This document shows positions 1 through 10,059 of a DNA stretch of 64,000 nt, in pieces (the stretch's first letter is position 1; each line of letters starts with the position of its first letter). The translations under genes were made by a program, and so were the position numbers. The stretch is from Betaproteobacteria bacterium (GTDB taxonomy: Bacteria > Pseudomonadota > Gammaproteobacteria > Burkholderiales > SG8-39): the NCBI GenBank assembly GCA_037443705.1, contig JBBINV010000005.1:1578-65577 (forward strand), written 5' to 3'. The notes under the pieces were generated by a model. That model searched no databases and was not told the origin of the DNA. It saw only the letters and a program-made list of their open reading frames with translations.

Positions 1-582
1 AAGGGCGGGCTCGTCCGGCCGCGGCCCTCGGCCTGGGATTCGGACGCGCGGCCCGAACGCCTGCGCGCGGCGGTGGACGGAAGCCTCAGGCGCCTGCGCC
101 TGGAGCGCATCGATCTCTATCAGTTGCACGCGCCCGACCCGAGGGTTCCGCTCGAGGAGTCGCTCGGCGCGCTCGCCGATTGCCAGAAGGCCGGCAAGAT
201 CCGGCATATCGGCGTCTCCAACGTCGACACCAGGGAGCTCGCGCGGGCGCGCCGAGTCGTGAAGGTCGTTTCGGTGCAGAACCGGTACAACCTCGGCGAT
301 CGCTCCTCCGAGGACGTGCTGCGGGCCTGCGAGCGTCTCGGAATCGCGTTCCTGCCCTGGTTCCCGCTGGGCGCGGGATCCGTTCTCAGGAGGGCGATCG
401 TGAAAGGAACCGCGGAAAGGCTGAAGGCGACTCCCGCCCAGGTGGCGCTGGCGTGGCTGCTCGCGAAATCGCCGGTGATGCTGCCGATCCCCGGGACCGC
501 GTCGCTCGCGCACCTCGCGGAGAACTCGGCGGCGGCGAAGCTGAAGCTGCCGGCGGAGGACCTCGCCCTCCTCTCGGCCTAG
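1..582 (+). CDS. aldo/keto reductase, C-terminal part (5' end outside the window)
   Basis: Frame 1 is open from base 1. The translation contains AKR core motifs (LERIDLYQLHAPDP, GKIRHIGVSNV, SVQNRYNL, FLPWFPLG). GC3 is high. Confidence 0.85.
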   Translation, partial: KGGLVRPRPSAWDSDARPERLRAAVDGSLRRLRLERIDLYQLHAPDPRVPLEESLGALADCQKAGKIRHIGVSNVDTRELARARRVVKVVSVQNRYNLGDRSSEDVLRACERLGIAFLPWFPLGAGSVLRRAIVKGTAERLKATPAQVALAWLLAKSPVMLPIPGTASLAHLAENSAAAKLKLPAEDLALLSA

Positions 583-696
583 CCAGCGCCCCTGGCATCG
601 TTCAGGCCGTCGAGCGCACCCGCGGGCGCTGTCTTCGGTGCTTCCTTCAGCTCGCTGATCGAGGAAGGCAGGTTGTAGAGAACCCAGTAGCGGCGG

Positions 697-1422
697 ATGG
701 AGCAGCGCAGGTACAACCGCAACCTTGGTCAATTTCATCCGGCTAATGTGAGCCTTCTGCCGCGCAACATCACCCCGGCCCGCGCCATCGCGCTTCAGCG
801 GGCGCTCGCGCGCCGCGTGGTGCGCCGCGACCGGCTCGGCGAGGTGCGGCACGTCTGCGGGATCGACGTGGGGTTCGAGCGCAACGGCGCGATCGCCCGC
901 GCCGCCGCCGTAGTGCTGAGGTATCCGTCTCTGGAGATGTCGGATTTCGCCGTGGTCCGAAGAAAAACCCGATTTCCCTATGTCCCCGGGCTGCTCTCCT
1001 TCAGGGAAATGCCGGTCGCGCTGTCGGCCCTGAAGAGGCTCAAGGTGAAGCCCGACCTGCTGCTTTGCGACGGCCAGGGGATCGCACACCCGCGCCGCTT
1101 CGGCCTCGCCTCACACATGGGCCTCGCGACGGGGATTCCTTCGATCGGCGTCGCCAAGAGCCTCTTCGTGGGAACGCACGGGCCGGTGCCCCGGCGCCGC
1201 GGCGGCTGGGCGCCGCTCGAGGACCGCGGCGAGCGAATCGGCGCGGCGCTGCGCACGCGCACGGGCGTGAAACCGCTCTACGTCTCGATCGGTCACCGCG
1301 TGAGCCTCGCGACTGCGATCCGGTTCGTGCTCGCCTGCGCGCCGCGCTACCGCCTTCCCGAGACTACGCGCCGGGCGCACCGCCTGGCATCCGGCCCCTC
1401 CGCGCCGCCACGCGCTCCATGA
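697..1422 (+). CDS. nfi: endonuclease V (deoxyinosine 3' endonuclease)
   Basis: GIDVGFE...[10 protein letters not shown]...[20 protein letters not shown]...IGVAK...[15 protein letters not shown] is colinear with E. coli Nfi as I remember it. The start is uncertain; GTG at 748 is an alternative. Confidence 0.85.
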   Translation: MEQRRYNRNLGQFHPANVSLLPRNITPARAIALQRALARRVVRRDRLGEVRHVCGIDVGFERNGAIARAAAVVLRYPSLEMSDFAVVRRKTRFPYVPGLLSFREMPVALSALKRLKVKPDLLLCDGQGIAHPRRFGLASHMGLATGIPSIGVAKSLFVGTHGPVPRRRGGWAPLEDRGERIGAALRTRTGVKPLYVSIGHRVSLATAIRFVLACAPRYRLPETTRRAHRLASGPSAPPRAP

Positions 1423-2521
1423 ATTGCGGCGTATCCTGCCGCAGCCGCTCGTCGGTCATGCGGCCGCTGCGCGTCATGTAGTCGTACGCGAGCCCGAGCG
1501 CGTCGAGCTCGCGCATCTTCTCCGGAAACCGCTCGTACCAGTACGAGCTCCGGTTCGCGGCGGCGAAGAGCTTCTCGACCACCGGGCGGCGGTCGCGCTC
1601 GAACGCGGCGAGCGCGACCGGCACGTCCTCGCCCGCCGTCGCGAACGCGCGGTCAAGCGCGATCGCGTCCTCGAACGCGAGCCGCGTCCCCGAGCCGATC
1701 GAGAAGTGCATGGTGCGCAGCGCGTCGCCGATCAGCACCGCGTTGCGCGCAATCCAGCGGCGGTTGTGCAGGATGGGAAACTGGCGCCAGATCGACCGGT
1801 TCGACACGAGCGGGTGCCCGGCGAGGTCCGCGGCGAACACGCCTTCGCAGTAATCGCGCGATTCCTCGTCGCTCATCCGGTCGAGCCCCGCGCGCTTCCA
1901 CGTCGCCGCATCGCACTCCACGATGAACGTGCTCATCGCCGGCGCGTAGCGGTAATGGTGAGCCACGAACGCGCCGTGCTCGCTTTCGCGGAAGGTGAGC
2001 GTGAGGCACTCGAACGGGCGGGCCGTGCCGTACCACGCGAACTTGTTGCTCAGCCACACGATCCGGGGCTCGAACGAGCTTTCGAGCGATCGCCGCACCA
2101 GCGAGTTGAGCCCGTCGGCGCCGACGAGGAGATCCGGGGTGCCGAGCTCCTGCAACGACGCGACCGGCCTTTCGAACCGGAATCGAACCCCTTCGCGGCG
2201 GCACAGCTCCTGGAGAAACTGGTTCAGCTTCAGTCTCGCGATCGCCGAAAACCCGTTGCCGTCGATGTCCACCGCTTCGCCGCGATGGACGATCCGCTGG
2301 ATCGGCCAGCGCTCCATGCGCGGCAGGAGCTGCGCGTAGAGGTCCGGCGCGTCGCGCTCGAGGAACGCGAGCGCGCCTTCGGAGAACACCACGCCGAAGC
2401 CGAAGGTCGCGTCCGGCGGGTTCTGCTCGAACACCTCTACGTCCCAGCGCGCGAAGCGCCGCTTGATGAGGAGCGAGAACAGCAGCCCCGCCGGGCCCGC
2501 GCCGAGGACCGCGATCCGCAT
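1364..2521 (-). CDS. FAD-dependent (group A flavoprotein) monooxygenase
   Basis: N-terminal [13 protein letters not shown] dinucleotide fold, plus [11 protein letters not shown] and [24 protein letters not shown] motifs. The 3' end overlaps nfi convergently by 59 bp. Confidence 0.8.
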   Translation of the reverse strand: MRIAVLGAGPAGLLFSLLIKRRFARWDVEVFEQNPPDATFGFGVVFSEGALAFLERDAPDLYAQLLPRMERWPIQRIVHRGEAVDIDGNGFSAIARLKLNQFLQELCRREGVRFRFERPVASLQELGTPDLLVGADGLNSLVRRSLESSFEPRIVWLSNKFAWYGTARPFECLTLTFRESEHGAFVAHHYRYAPAMSTFIVECDAATWKRAGLDRMSDEESRDYCEGVFAADLAGHPLVSNRSIWRQFPILHNRRWIARNAVLIGDALRTMHFSIGSGTRLAFEDAIALDRAFATAGEDVPVALAAFERDRRPVVEKLFAAANRSSYWYERFPEKMRELDALGLAYDYMTRSGRMTDERLRQDTPQFMERVAARRGRMPGGAPGA

Positions 2522-2700
2522 GCGGGCGATTCTAGCGTCGCGGCGGCAGAATCGTTCGCGGATCGAGGCGGGAGATATTGCCTATGCGGCGGGGAATATT
2601 GCCGGCCGGGCTGCTCGCGCTGTGCGCCACGGCGCCGGGACCAGCATCGCGAACGCGCACGTCGCGCGCGCGGCGCGCGATCCGGGGCTGCAAGTCGCGC

Positions 2701-2729
2701 GCCGGGGCGAGGTGGTAAAGGTCCCCGGC
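2701..2729 (-). terminator. candidate stem-loop downstream of the acyl-CoA dehydrogenase stop (weak, no U-tract)
   Basis: GCCGGGG (2701-2707) pairs with CCCCGGC (2723-2729) around a 15-nt loop, 12 nt after the stop at 2741. Confidence 0.25.
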
Positions 2730-2740
2730 GCGAGAATGGA

Positions 2741-3886
2741 TTAGGCGCGCTGCGGAAACGGGCGCCCGAACACGCCCTCGGCGATCCGGTTCTTGAGGAT
2801 CTCGACCGAGCCCCCGGCGATCATCCAGCCGCGGCAGCGGCGCACGCAGTATTCCACCAGCTCCTCGCGGCTGTAGCCGGCGCCGCCCATGACCTGGAGC
2901 GATTCGTTCGCCACCTCGAACCCGGCCTGGTTGCAGAACGCTTTCGCGATCGCGGTCTCCTCGGGCGAAGGTAGGCCGCGGTCGGCGTTCGCCGCCGCGC
3001 GGTAGAGGAGCAGCTGCGCGGCATCGAGCTTCATCTTCATGTCGGCGAACTTCCACTGCAGGCCCTGGAACTCGCACAGCAACCGGCCGAACTGCCGGCG
3101 CTCCATCGCCCAGGCGCGCGCGCGCTCGAAGGCGTAGCGCCCGAGCGCGAGCGAGCGCGCCGCGTTGCCGATGCGCTCCACGTTGAAGCCCGCGATCTGC
3201 TTCTTGAAGCCGCCCTCCTTCAGCAGCACCCGTTCCGGCGGAACAAAGACGTCGTCGAACGTGATCTGCGCCCATTCCTCGCCCGACATGAAGGCCGAGG
3301 GCCTGCCGAGGACGACGCCGGGCTGCGAACGCTCGATCAGCACCGAGCCGATGCCGTCCACGCCGGGGCCAAAGCGCACGTAGGCGAGATAGACCTCGGC
3401 GTACGCCGAATGCGTGACGAACACTTTCGTCCCGCTCACGCGGTAGCCTTCGCCGTCCGGCACCGCCTTCGTGCGCAGGTCGGTCACCGCCGATCCCGCC
3501 TCGGGTTCCGTCATGGCGACGGAAATGACGGATTCGCCGTTCAGGAGCTTTTTCAAATAGAGGTTCTTCTGAAAAGCGGATCCATATTCCGCCAGAACCC
3601 GTATCGGCCCGAAATTGCCCGCTTGCACCACGTCGGCGCTCCTCGGACAGGCGGATGCGACCGTCTCGATCGCGATCACGGCATCGATCAGGGTGCCGCC
3701 CTGCCCGCCGTCGGCCTCGGGAATCGTGATCCCGAGCAGCCCCTGCTCCGCCATCATCCTTGCCACGTCCCAGGGGTACGCGGCGTCGTGCGCCCGGCTG
3801 CGCGCGCCGGCGGCGAGGCGCTTCTCGGCGAAGCGCCGCACCGAATCCCTGAACTGCTCCTGCTCCGGGCTCAGGCGGAAGTCCAT
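2741..3886 (-). CDS. acyl-CoA dehydrogenase
   Basis: Starts MDFRLSPEQEQFRDSVRRFAE. Shows ACAD hallmarks (AMTEPEAGS, GYRVSGTKVFVT, NVERIG, QVMGGAGYSRE, RGWMIAGGSVEILKNRIA). The ORF-track N-terminal extension to 4759 is Arg/Ala-rich and judged spurious. Confidence 0.9.
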   Translation of the reverse strand: MDFRLSPEQEQFRDSVRRFAEKRLAAGARSRAHDAAYPWDVARMMAEQGLLGITIPEADGGQGGTLIDAVIAIETVASACPRSADVVQAGNFGPIRVLAEYGSAFQKNLYLKKLLNGESVISVAMTEPEAGSAVTDLRTKAVPDGEGYRVSGTKVFVTHSAYAEVYLAYVRFGPGVDGIGSVLIERSQPGVVLGRPSAFMSGEEWAQITFDDVFVPPERVLLKEGGFKKQIAGFNVERIGNAARSLALGRYAFERARAWAMERRQFGRLLCEFQGLQWKFADMKMKLDAAQLLLYRAAANADRGLPSPEETAIAKAFCNQAGFEVANESLQVMGGAGYSREELVEYCVRRCRGWMIAGGSVEILKNRIAEGVFGRPFPQRA

Positions 3887-5265
3887 GAGGCGGGATGGTA
3901 GCCGAGCGGCACCGGCGGGAGCGCCCAGCCGCCGGGAGTCTCCGAAAGACGGACCACCGGCCGAAGATGGCGGACGCGGCCAAAGGGTGACTCGGTCTCC
4001 GTGACGAGCGGATTGAGCTCCTCTTCGGGAAGTTCGGCGGGAACCCCCTTGAACACCTCCGATTCCAGCACCCCTCGATCCACGATCCATTTGCCGATGC
4101 GCGCGAGCGCCACGCGGACGAGCCAGCTCCCGCCTTCGCGCGCGCGCCGTGCGAGCGCGACCATCGCGCCGAACGCCATCAGGTAGCCGCTCACGTAGTC
4201 GATCGCCGACACCGGCAGGTAGCGCGGGCCGGCGCTGTCGCGCGAGGCGTGCGCCATGCCGCTCACGGCCTGCACGATGGTGTCGAAGCCGCGCCTCGCC
4301 CGCCACGGGCCCGTCGCGCCCCAGGCCGAGAGCGACACGCACACGATGCCGGGCCTGAGCCTCGCGAGCGCTTCGGGGGAGAACCCGCGCGCATCGAGCG
4401 CGCCGGGACGATAGGATTGCGAAAAGATATCCGTGCGGCGTGCGAGCTCCCGCAGCACGCAATTCTCCCCTTCGTTCCTCAAATCCAGCCGCGCGGACCG
4501 CTTGCCGATCCCGGTGTCGAGGTCCATGGGTCCCGAGTCCGGGAGGTGCGCCGCGGTGACCCGCAGCACCTCGGCGCCGTGCTCGGCGAGCGAGCGCGCG
4601 CAGGTAGGGCCCGCGAGCACGCGCGTGAGATCGAGCACCCGGATCCCGGAAAGCGGCCGCTCGCCCGCCGGGAGCGGCTCCGGCTCCGCATCGCCGATGC
4701 GGTGAATTTCGACCAAGGGTTGCGCAGCGACCGCCGCCGCGTGCGCATGCACGTTCCATTCAGGCTCGCTTCGCACGAAGCCGGCACAGCCGCCCGCGGC
4801 ATGGATCGCGTCTTCGAGCGCTTCGCCGTCCCATCGGCGCGTCGCCGCGGCCACGGCCTCGCGGTCGTCGTCCGACTGGAGCACCTCCAGCGCCGCGTCG
4901 CGATGATGCGGGAAATTGGTGTGAATGCTGATCCAGCGATCGCCACGCACCGGATAGAAGCCGAACAGCGGATCGCGCGGATCCGGGGGCACCTTTCCGT
5001 CGATTCGAAGATAGCGTGCGCTGCGAAGCGACGCAGCCGCGGCGCGCAAGTCGACGGCCACGCGCTGCGCGCGCCCGGCGCGCAGCTCCCACAGCCGCGC
5101 CGCGGCGAGCCCCACCGCCCCGAGCGCCGCCGCGCCCGCCGTGCCGACGCGGTAGCGCGTAGGGAAGACCGGGTCGGTTCCGGAGAAATCGACCGCGCCG
5201 GAGTCGAGATCGTCCTCTCCTGCAAGATCCAGAACTTCCCGCAAAGCCGCGTGCGGCACGTTCAC
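3871..5265 (-). CDS. family III (CaiB/BaiF-type) CoA-transferase
   Basis: The PLSGIRVLDLTRVLAGPTCARSLAEHGAEVLRV signature is present, though about 200 aa into the protein. The GTG start at 5265 forms a GTGA overlap with the upstream stop. The 3' end overlaps the ACAD start by 16 nt. Confidence 0.8.
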   Translation of the reverse strand: MNVPHAALREVLDLAGEDDLDSGAVDFSGTDPVFPTRYRVGTAGAAALGAVGLAAARLWELRAGRAQRVAVDLRAAAASLRSARYLRIDGKVPPDPRDPLFGFYPVRGDRWISIHTNFPHHRDAALEVLQSDDDREAVAAATRRWDGEALEDAIHAAGGCAGFVRSEPEWNVHAHAAAVAAQPLVEIHRIGDAEPEPLPAGERPLSGIRVLDLTRVLAGPTCARSLAEHGAEVLRVTAAHLPDSGPMDLDTGIGKRSARLDLRNEGENCVLRELARRTDIFSQSYRPGALDARGFSPEALARLRPGIVCVSLSAWGATGPWRARRGFDTIVQAVSGMAHASRDSAGPRYLPVSAIDYVSGYLMAFGAMVALARRAREGGSWLVRVALARIGKWIVDRGVLESEVFKGVPAELPEEELNPLVTETESPFGRVRHLRPVVRLSETPGGWALPPVPLGYHPASWTSA

Positions 5266-7232
5266 TCCTTGAGGACGACGAGCGCGTCCACGGCGACCGC
5301 TCCCTCGCGCTTGACGATCAGGGGGTTGATCTCGGCCTCGCGCACCGGGCGGCCCTTTGCGAGCGCGAGCCGCGAGAGCGCCGCCACTGCGCGCGCGAGC
5401 GCCGCGCAATCGCCTTTCGGAAGATTGCGATAGCCGCGCAGCGGCGCGAGCCCCTTCACCTCGCCGATCATCTCGAGCGCCTCGCTTTCCGTCACCGGCG
5501 CGAGGCGCAGCGAAAAGTCCGCGTAGATTTCCGCGAGCGTGCCACCCGCGCCCACCAGCACGACCGGGCCGACCACGGGATCGTCGCGATAGCCCACGAT
5601 CGCCTCGCCGAGCCCTTGCTCCATGCATTGAACGAGGATCCGGGGGGAACGCATTGCCTTCACGCGCTCCTCGAGCTCCTCCCGGTTCCCGATTTCGAGA
5701 GCAACCCCTCCAACTTCCGACTTGTGGGCGATCCCCGGAGAGAGGATCTTCGCGGCCACCGGATACGGCAGCGTGTGCGCGAACTCCGGTGCGCGCGCGA
5801 TCTGCGACTGGACGACAGGAATGCCGAGCGATGCGAACAGATCGAGGGCCTGCTTTTCGTCCGGCCTGCCTTCGGGAAGATCGAGCTTCCAATGCGGCGC
5901 TTCCCGGAATTCCTTCGGTTCCCTCCATGCAAAGAACGCCCGAAACGCATCCGCGCACGATTCGGGCGTCCGGTACGCGGCGACGCCGGCCTTCGCAAGC
6001 AGCGAAAGCGACCGCTCGGCGTGCGGGGTGAGGAACGCGGCGAGGGGCTTTTGCGCGCGCCTCGCGCCGAGGATCGGCTCTACCGCGAGCTGCGGGTGGA
6101 ACTGGGCGGACGACCCGACCACCGCGAGCACGCCGTCGCACTCGGCTGAGCCGAGCATCGCCTCGAGCGTTCGCGCGTACTGCTCCTTCGTGGCCGCCAT
6201 GGTGAGGTCGACGATCGGCGCATCCGACCCGGGCGCCACGGTCTCGATGCCGCAAAGGCCCAACCGGTCGACCACGCTCGCCGCGCCCCCGCCCGTGGTC
6301 GTGACGACCGCAATGCGCGGCGCGCGCCCGGGCGACGGCGGCGCGCGGCCGTCCACCAGCGGCGCGATCTCGATCAGCGTCTCCAGCAGGTCCACGCGAA
6401 GGATGCCGCAGTCGCGGAAAAACGCGTCGAGCGCGGCGTCGGTCCCCGCGAGCGCGCCGGTGTGCGAGCGCGCGAGCGCCGCGCCCGCGGCGGAGCGCCC
6501 GAGCTTGTAGGCGACGACCGGCTTGCCGGCGGCGTGCGCCTTGCGCGCCGCGGCCGCGAGCCGTTCGGCGTCGCGCACGGTTTCGAGGAAGAGCAGGATC
6601 ACGCGCGTGTGCGGGTCCTCGGCGAGCATCTCCACGAGCTCGCCCACGCCGAGATCGGCTTCGTTGCCCACCGAAACGAGCTTGGAGAATCCCAGGCCGC
6701 GCGCCGACCCGCGCGAGAGCATCGCGCCGAGCATGGTGCCGCTCTGCGACACCACGCTCGCGCCGCCCGCGGGCAGCGCCTCCATCTCGAGCACCGCGTT
6801 CACCGTGAGCGCGACGCACCCGGGCACGTCGAGCACGCCCATGCTGTTCGGCCCAAGGAGCCGTACGCCGAGCGCTTTCGCGCGCGCCACGAGCCTGCGC
6901 TGGCGCTCGGCGCCCGCCTCGCCCCGGTCGGCGAAGCCGTCGCTGAAGACGGTGGCCACCGGAACGCCGGCGCGGCCGCAGTCCTCGAGCGCGCCCTCGA
7001 CGTTCTCGATCATGATGAACGCGTGATCGACCGGGCCGGGGATGTCGGAGACGCTCCGATACGCTGCTTCCCCGAAGATTTCGCTTCGCGAGGGATTGAC
7101 GGGAAACACCCGCCCCGCATAGCGATGCCGCTTCAGATAACGCTGCGGGCGCGCGGTGTTCTTCGCGCCATCGCCCGAGGCGCCCACGAGGGCCACCGCG
7201 CGCGGCGCGAACAGCGCCTGCGCGAGCGTCAC
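5262..7232 (-). CDS. ADP/NDP-forming acyl-CoA synthetase (acetate--CoA ligase family, fused CoA-binding, ligase-CoA and ATP-grasp domains)
   Basis: N-terminal PRAVALVGASGD...VFPVNP CoA-binding motif and SQSGTMLGAM with a succinyl-CoA-synthetase-like flavodoxin domain. The C-terminal ATP-grasp contains VAAKILSPGIAHKSEVGGVAL. GTGA overlap with the upstream gene at 7229-7232. Confidence 0.85.
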   Translation of the reverse strand: MTLAQALFAPRAVALVGASGDGAKNTARPQRYLKRHRYAGRVFPVNPSRSEIFGEAAYRSVSDIPGPVDHAFIMIENVEGALEDCGRAGVPVATVFSDGFADRGEAGAERQRRLVARAKALGVRLLGPNSMGVLDVPGCVALTVNAVLEMEALPAGGASVVSQSGTMLGAMLSRGSARGLGFSKLVSVGNEADLGVGELVEMLAEDPHTRVILLFLETVRDAERLAAAARKAHAAGKPVVAYKLGRSAAGAALARSHTGALAGTDAALDAFFRDCGILRVDLLETLIEIAPLVDGRAPPSPGRAPRIAVVTTTGGGAASVVDRLGLCGIETVAPGSDAPIVDLTMAATKEQYARTLEAMLGSAECDGVLAVVGSSAQFHPQLAVEPILGARRAQKPLAAFLTPHAERSLSLLAKAGVAAYRTPESCADAFRAFFAWREPKEFREAPHWKLDLPEGRPDEKQALDLFASLGIPVVQSQIARAPEFAHTLPYPVAAKILSPGIAHKSEVGGVALEIGNREELEERVKAMRSPRILVQCMEQGLGEAIVGYRDDPVVGPVVLVGAGGTLAEIYADFSLRLAPVTESEALEMIGEVKGLAPLRGYRNLPKGDCAALARAVAALSRLALAKGRPVREAEINPLIVKREGAVAVDALVVLKE

Positions 7233-8563
7233 GCGGGCAATGCGGTCAGGGTCTCGAGTCTCCAGAGGTTTCCCAGCAGCGCTCGAGCGGCGGAGCCCCC
7301 GATCGCAGGCTCGGCCAGTTCAAGATACTTTTCTTCCAGCTGCTCGTCCGACAGCGGCGCGTCCGGGTCGCCGATGCGCGTGGGCTGCAGATGCTCCTGC
7401 ACGGCTCCCTGCCGGGTCGCGATCGCCACGCGCGCGGCGCGCTGCTTCGGAAACGCGGCGTCGAGCTCCGGGTCGACATGAACGGAGATTTTTTCCATCA
7501 GGGTGCGCGTTGCGGGATCCGACATTCTTCCGTTCTCGAACGCGGCCAGTCGCACGCTGCCGTGCGTGAGCGCGGTGGCGACGCAATACTTGAGCGAGAA
7601 GCGTGCCTCGGCGGCGGTGCGCGGTTCGTCGAACCCGGCGACCTCGAGCGCCGGACGGTAAGTCCCCACGCGCACGCTTTCGATGTCCTGCGCCGCCACG
7701 CCCATGCGCTGCTTCAGCGCGAGCGCGCCGTCGATCGCGGCGAAGGTGTGGCCGCAGCAGGCGTGGTTCTTGAAGGTCATGCGCGTAATGTGGAAATCGC
7801 CCCCGAGCGTGGCGAGCGCCGCCTCCCAGTCGGGGCCGTCGCCCATCGCGCGCCCGAAGCCGGCCTCGCCCTCGAGCACGTCGAGCGATCCGGTCACGCC
7901 CTCGGCGGCGGCGAGCGCCGCTACGAGCCCGCCTTCGGCCGCGCGGCCTCCGTGCAGGGGCTTGGACATCGAGTCGCCGCGCATCGCCTGCTGAAGCCCC
8001 GCGGCGAACGTCGCGGCGGTAGCGAGCGCGTGCGCGAAGCGCCCCGCCTCGAGCCCCAGGAGCAGCGACGCCGCCGCGCACGCGCCGAACGTGCCGACGG
8101 TCCCGGTATTGTGCCAGTAGCGGTAGTGCGCGCGCCCCATCGCCGCGCCGATGCGCGTGGAGATCTCGTAGCCCGCGATCACCGCGCGAAGAAAAGCGGC
8201 GCCCGACGCGTTGCGCGCCTGCGCGAGCGCGAGCGCCGCTGCGATCGTGGGCGCGCCCGGGTGGTAGATTCCGTCGCGGAAGATGTCGTCGACTTCCGCG
8301 GCGTGCGCCGCGGTGCCGTTGATCAGCGCCGCCACGCGCGCCGGGGCCTTGCGGCCCAGGGCGAGCTGCGCGCGGCCGCGATCGAGCTCCTCGGAAAGAG
8401 CCTTTTCAAGTTGAGCGGCAGGAGCGAGCCTGGCCCCCGCGTACAACGCCGCGTGCCAGTCGATCGCGGCGCGCTTGGCGTGGTGCAGCACCTTGGGGGC
8501 CACGCGCTCGCCGTGGAACCGCTCGGCCCAGGCCGCGAAGCGCTCCACGACCCGTGCCGTCAT
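7229..8563 (-). CDS. MmgE/PrpD family protein (2-methylcitrate dehydratase-like)
   Basis: Starts MTARVVERFAAW. Family motifs include NGTAAHAAEVDD, GYEISTRIG, WHNTGTVGTFGA and FKNHACCGHTFAAIDG. ATGA overlap with the upstream gene at 8560-8563. Confidence 0.9.
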   Translation of the reverse strand: MTARVVERFAAWAERFHGERVAPKVLHHAKRAAIDWHAALYAGARLAPAAQLEKALSEELDRGRAQLALGRKAPARVAALINGTAAHAAEVDDIFRDGIYHPGAPTIAAALALAQARNASGAAFLRAVIAGYEISTRIGAAMGRAHYRYWHNTGTVGTFGACAAASLLLGLEAGRFAHALATAATFAAGLQQAMRGDSMSKPLHGGRAAEGGLVAALAAAEGVTGSLDVLEGEAGFGRAMGDGPDWEAALATLGGDFHITRMTFKNHACCGHTFAAIDGALALKQRMGVAAQDIESVRVGTYRPALEVAGFDEPRTAAEARFSLKYCVATALTHGSVRLAAFENGRMSDPATRTLMEKISVHVDPELDAAFPKQRAARVAIATRQGAVQEHLQPTRIGDPDAPLSDEQLEEKYLELAEPAIGGSAARALLGNLWRLETLTALPA

Positions 8564-10050
8564 GAAGCCCGCTTCGCTGCGCCGGCACCGGCGATCTTCC
8601 CGAACACCGCGCCGTTCGTAAGACCAGTTCCGCCGGGATAGTTGAACCAGAAGATGCCGCCCACGAGCTCTCCGGCGGCGTACAGGCCCGGAATCGGCTC
8701 GCCGTCGGTGGAGATCACGCGCGCATCGGTGTCGATGCGCAGCCCGCCGAAGGTGAAGGTGATGCCGCAGGTGACGGCGTACGCCTCGAAAGGAGGCGTA
8801 TCGAGCGTGTTCGCCCAGTTGGATTTCGGAATCGCAAGCCCTTGCGTGCAGCGCCCGTCCTTCACGTTCGGATTGAAGGGGATGTCGGCGCGCACCGCGG
8901 CATTGTAGGCCTTCAGCTCCTCGAGCGCGGCCTTGCCGTCGGTGTCCTCCAGCTTCGCGCAGAGTTCTTCCAGCGTGTTTCCGGTGCGCTTCGTGACCTG
9001 GCGGATCCGGTATTCGTCGCGCAGCTGCGCCTTCACCTTGGCGTCGAACACCTGCCAGGCGAACTGGCCGGGCTGCGCGAGGATCACGCGCCCGTACTTC
9101 GCGTAGGTGTAGTTGCGGAAATCGGCGCCCTCGTCCACGAAGCGCTTGCCGAGCGCATTGACATAGACGCCCCACGGGTATGAATGCTTCTGGAACGCAT
9201 CGCCCACCGCGAGGTCGCCGAACTCGGGCGCATTGCGCTCCCACGCAACCGCGTGGCAGCCCGACCAGTTCCCGGCCGGCGCCGCGCCGATGTCGAGCGC
9301 CATTCGGATCACGTCCCCGGTGTTGAAGCGCGTGCCGCGCACCTTCGCCAGCTCCCAGCCCGGCCCGAGATAGCGCACGCGCCATTCCGGGTTCGCCTGG
9401 AAGCCGCCTGCGGCAAGGATGGTGCTTCTTGAGAAGACCTGGGTCGTCTTGCCGTTGTGTCTGACCAGGACCCCCTTGACCCCTTCATCATCGGCGATCA
9501 ACCCTGTCACGCGTGCCGAATACCAGATGTCGATCCCGTTCTTCCGGGCGATGCTCGTGAGCGACTCGACGAGCCCCGGCCCGCCTCCCACGGCTTCTAC
9601 CGTAAGCCCGCCCCAGAACTTGAACCTTCCGCCCACGTTGAACGCCTGCCGCCCCCACGCCGCGGTGAAGCGCACGCCCCTGGAACGCATCCACACCAGC
9701 GTGGCAAGGGAGTTTCTCACCAGGACTTCGGTCAAATCCGGATCGCACCGGTACTCGGTGACCCGCGCCATGTCGTCGAGAAACTGCTCCGCGGTGTAGG
9801 TGCCGAAATCCGTGCGCGCGATCTCCTCGGCCGTGAGATCCGGGATCACCTTCTTCAGGTCCTCCACGCCGTCGTACACCGTGCGCATGAGGCCCGCGGT
9901 GAAGCGCGAGTTGCCGCCCGCTTCCTCCAGCGGCGCGCGCTCGAGCACGAGCACGCGCGCGCCGCTCTCGCGCGCTGCGAGCGCCGCGCAAAATGCCGCG
10001 TTGCCCGCGCCCACCACCACAACGTCGTAACGATCCGTCACTGCACTCAC
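8560..10050 (-). CDS. FAD-binding dehydrogenase resembling tricarballylate dehydrogenase TcuA / fumarate-reductase flavoproteins
   Basis: YDVVVVGAGNAAFCAALAARESGARVLVLERAP..GGNSRFT at the N-terminus and GLYAAGELVGGIFWFNYPGGTGLTNGAVFG at the C-terminus. Confidence 0.85.
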   Translation of the reverse strand: MSAVTDRYDVVVVGAGNAAFCAALAARESGARVLVLERAPLEEAGGNSRFTAGLMRTVYDGVEDLKKVIPDLTAEEIARTDFGTYTAEQFLDDMARVTEYRCDPDLTEVLVRNSLATLVWMRSRGVRFTAAWGRQAFNVGGRFKFWGGLTVEAVGGGPGLVESLTSIARKNGIDIWYSARVTGLIADDEGVKGVLVRHNGKTTQVFSRSTILAAGGFQANPEWRVRYLGPGWELAKVRGTRFNTGDVIRMALDIGAAPAGNWSGCHAVAWERNAPEFGDLAVGDAFQKHSYPWGVYVNALGKRFVDEGADFRNYTYAKYGRVILAQPGQFAWQVFDAKVKAQLRDEYRIRQVTKRTGNTLEELCAKLEDTDGKAALEELKAYNAAVRADIPFNPNVKDGRCTQGLAIPKSNWANTLDTPPFEAYAVTCGITFTFGGLRIDTDARVISTDGEPIPGLYAAGELVGGIFWFNYPGGTGLTNGAVFGKIAGAGAAKRAS

Positions 10051-10059
10051 GCCTGCATT

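Noticed and set aside
1364-1422. 59-bp convergent overlap between nfi and the monooxygenase as a regulatory antisense arrangement
   Set aside because: Nfi homology ends before the overlap, and the tail ([11 protein letters not shown]) is low complexity. The overlap is most likely an incidental late stop codon in GC-rich DNA.
2741-9385. N-terminal extensions of ORFs 2741-4759, 3871-6819 and 7229-9385 (672, 982 and 718 aa)
   Set aside because: Homology begins at internal ATG or GTG codons that form ATGA/GTGA overlaps with the upstream stop. The extensions overlap the upstream genes in another frame and are Arg-rich.
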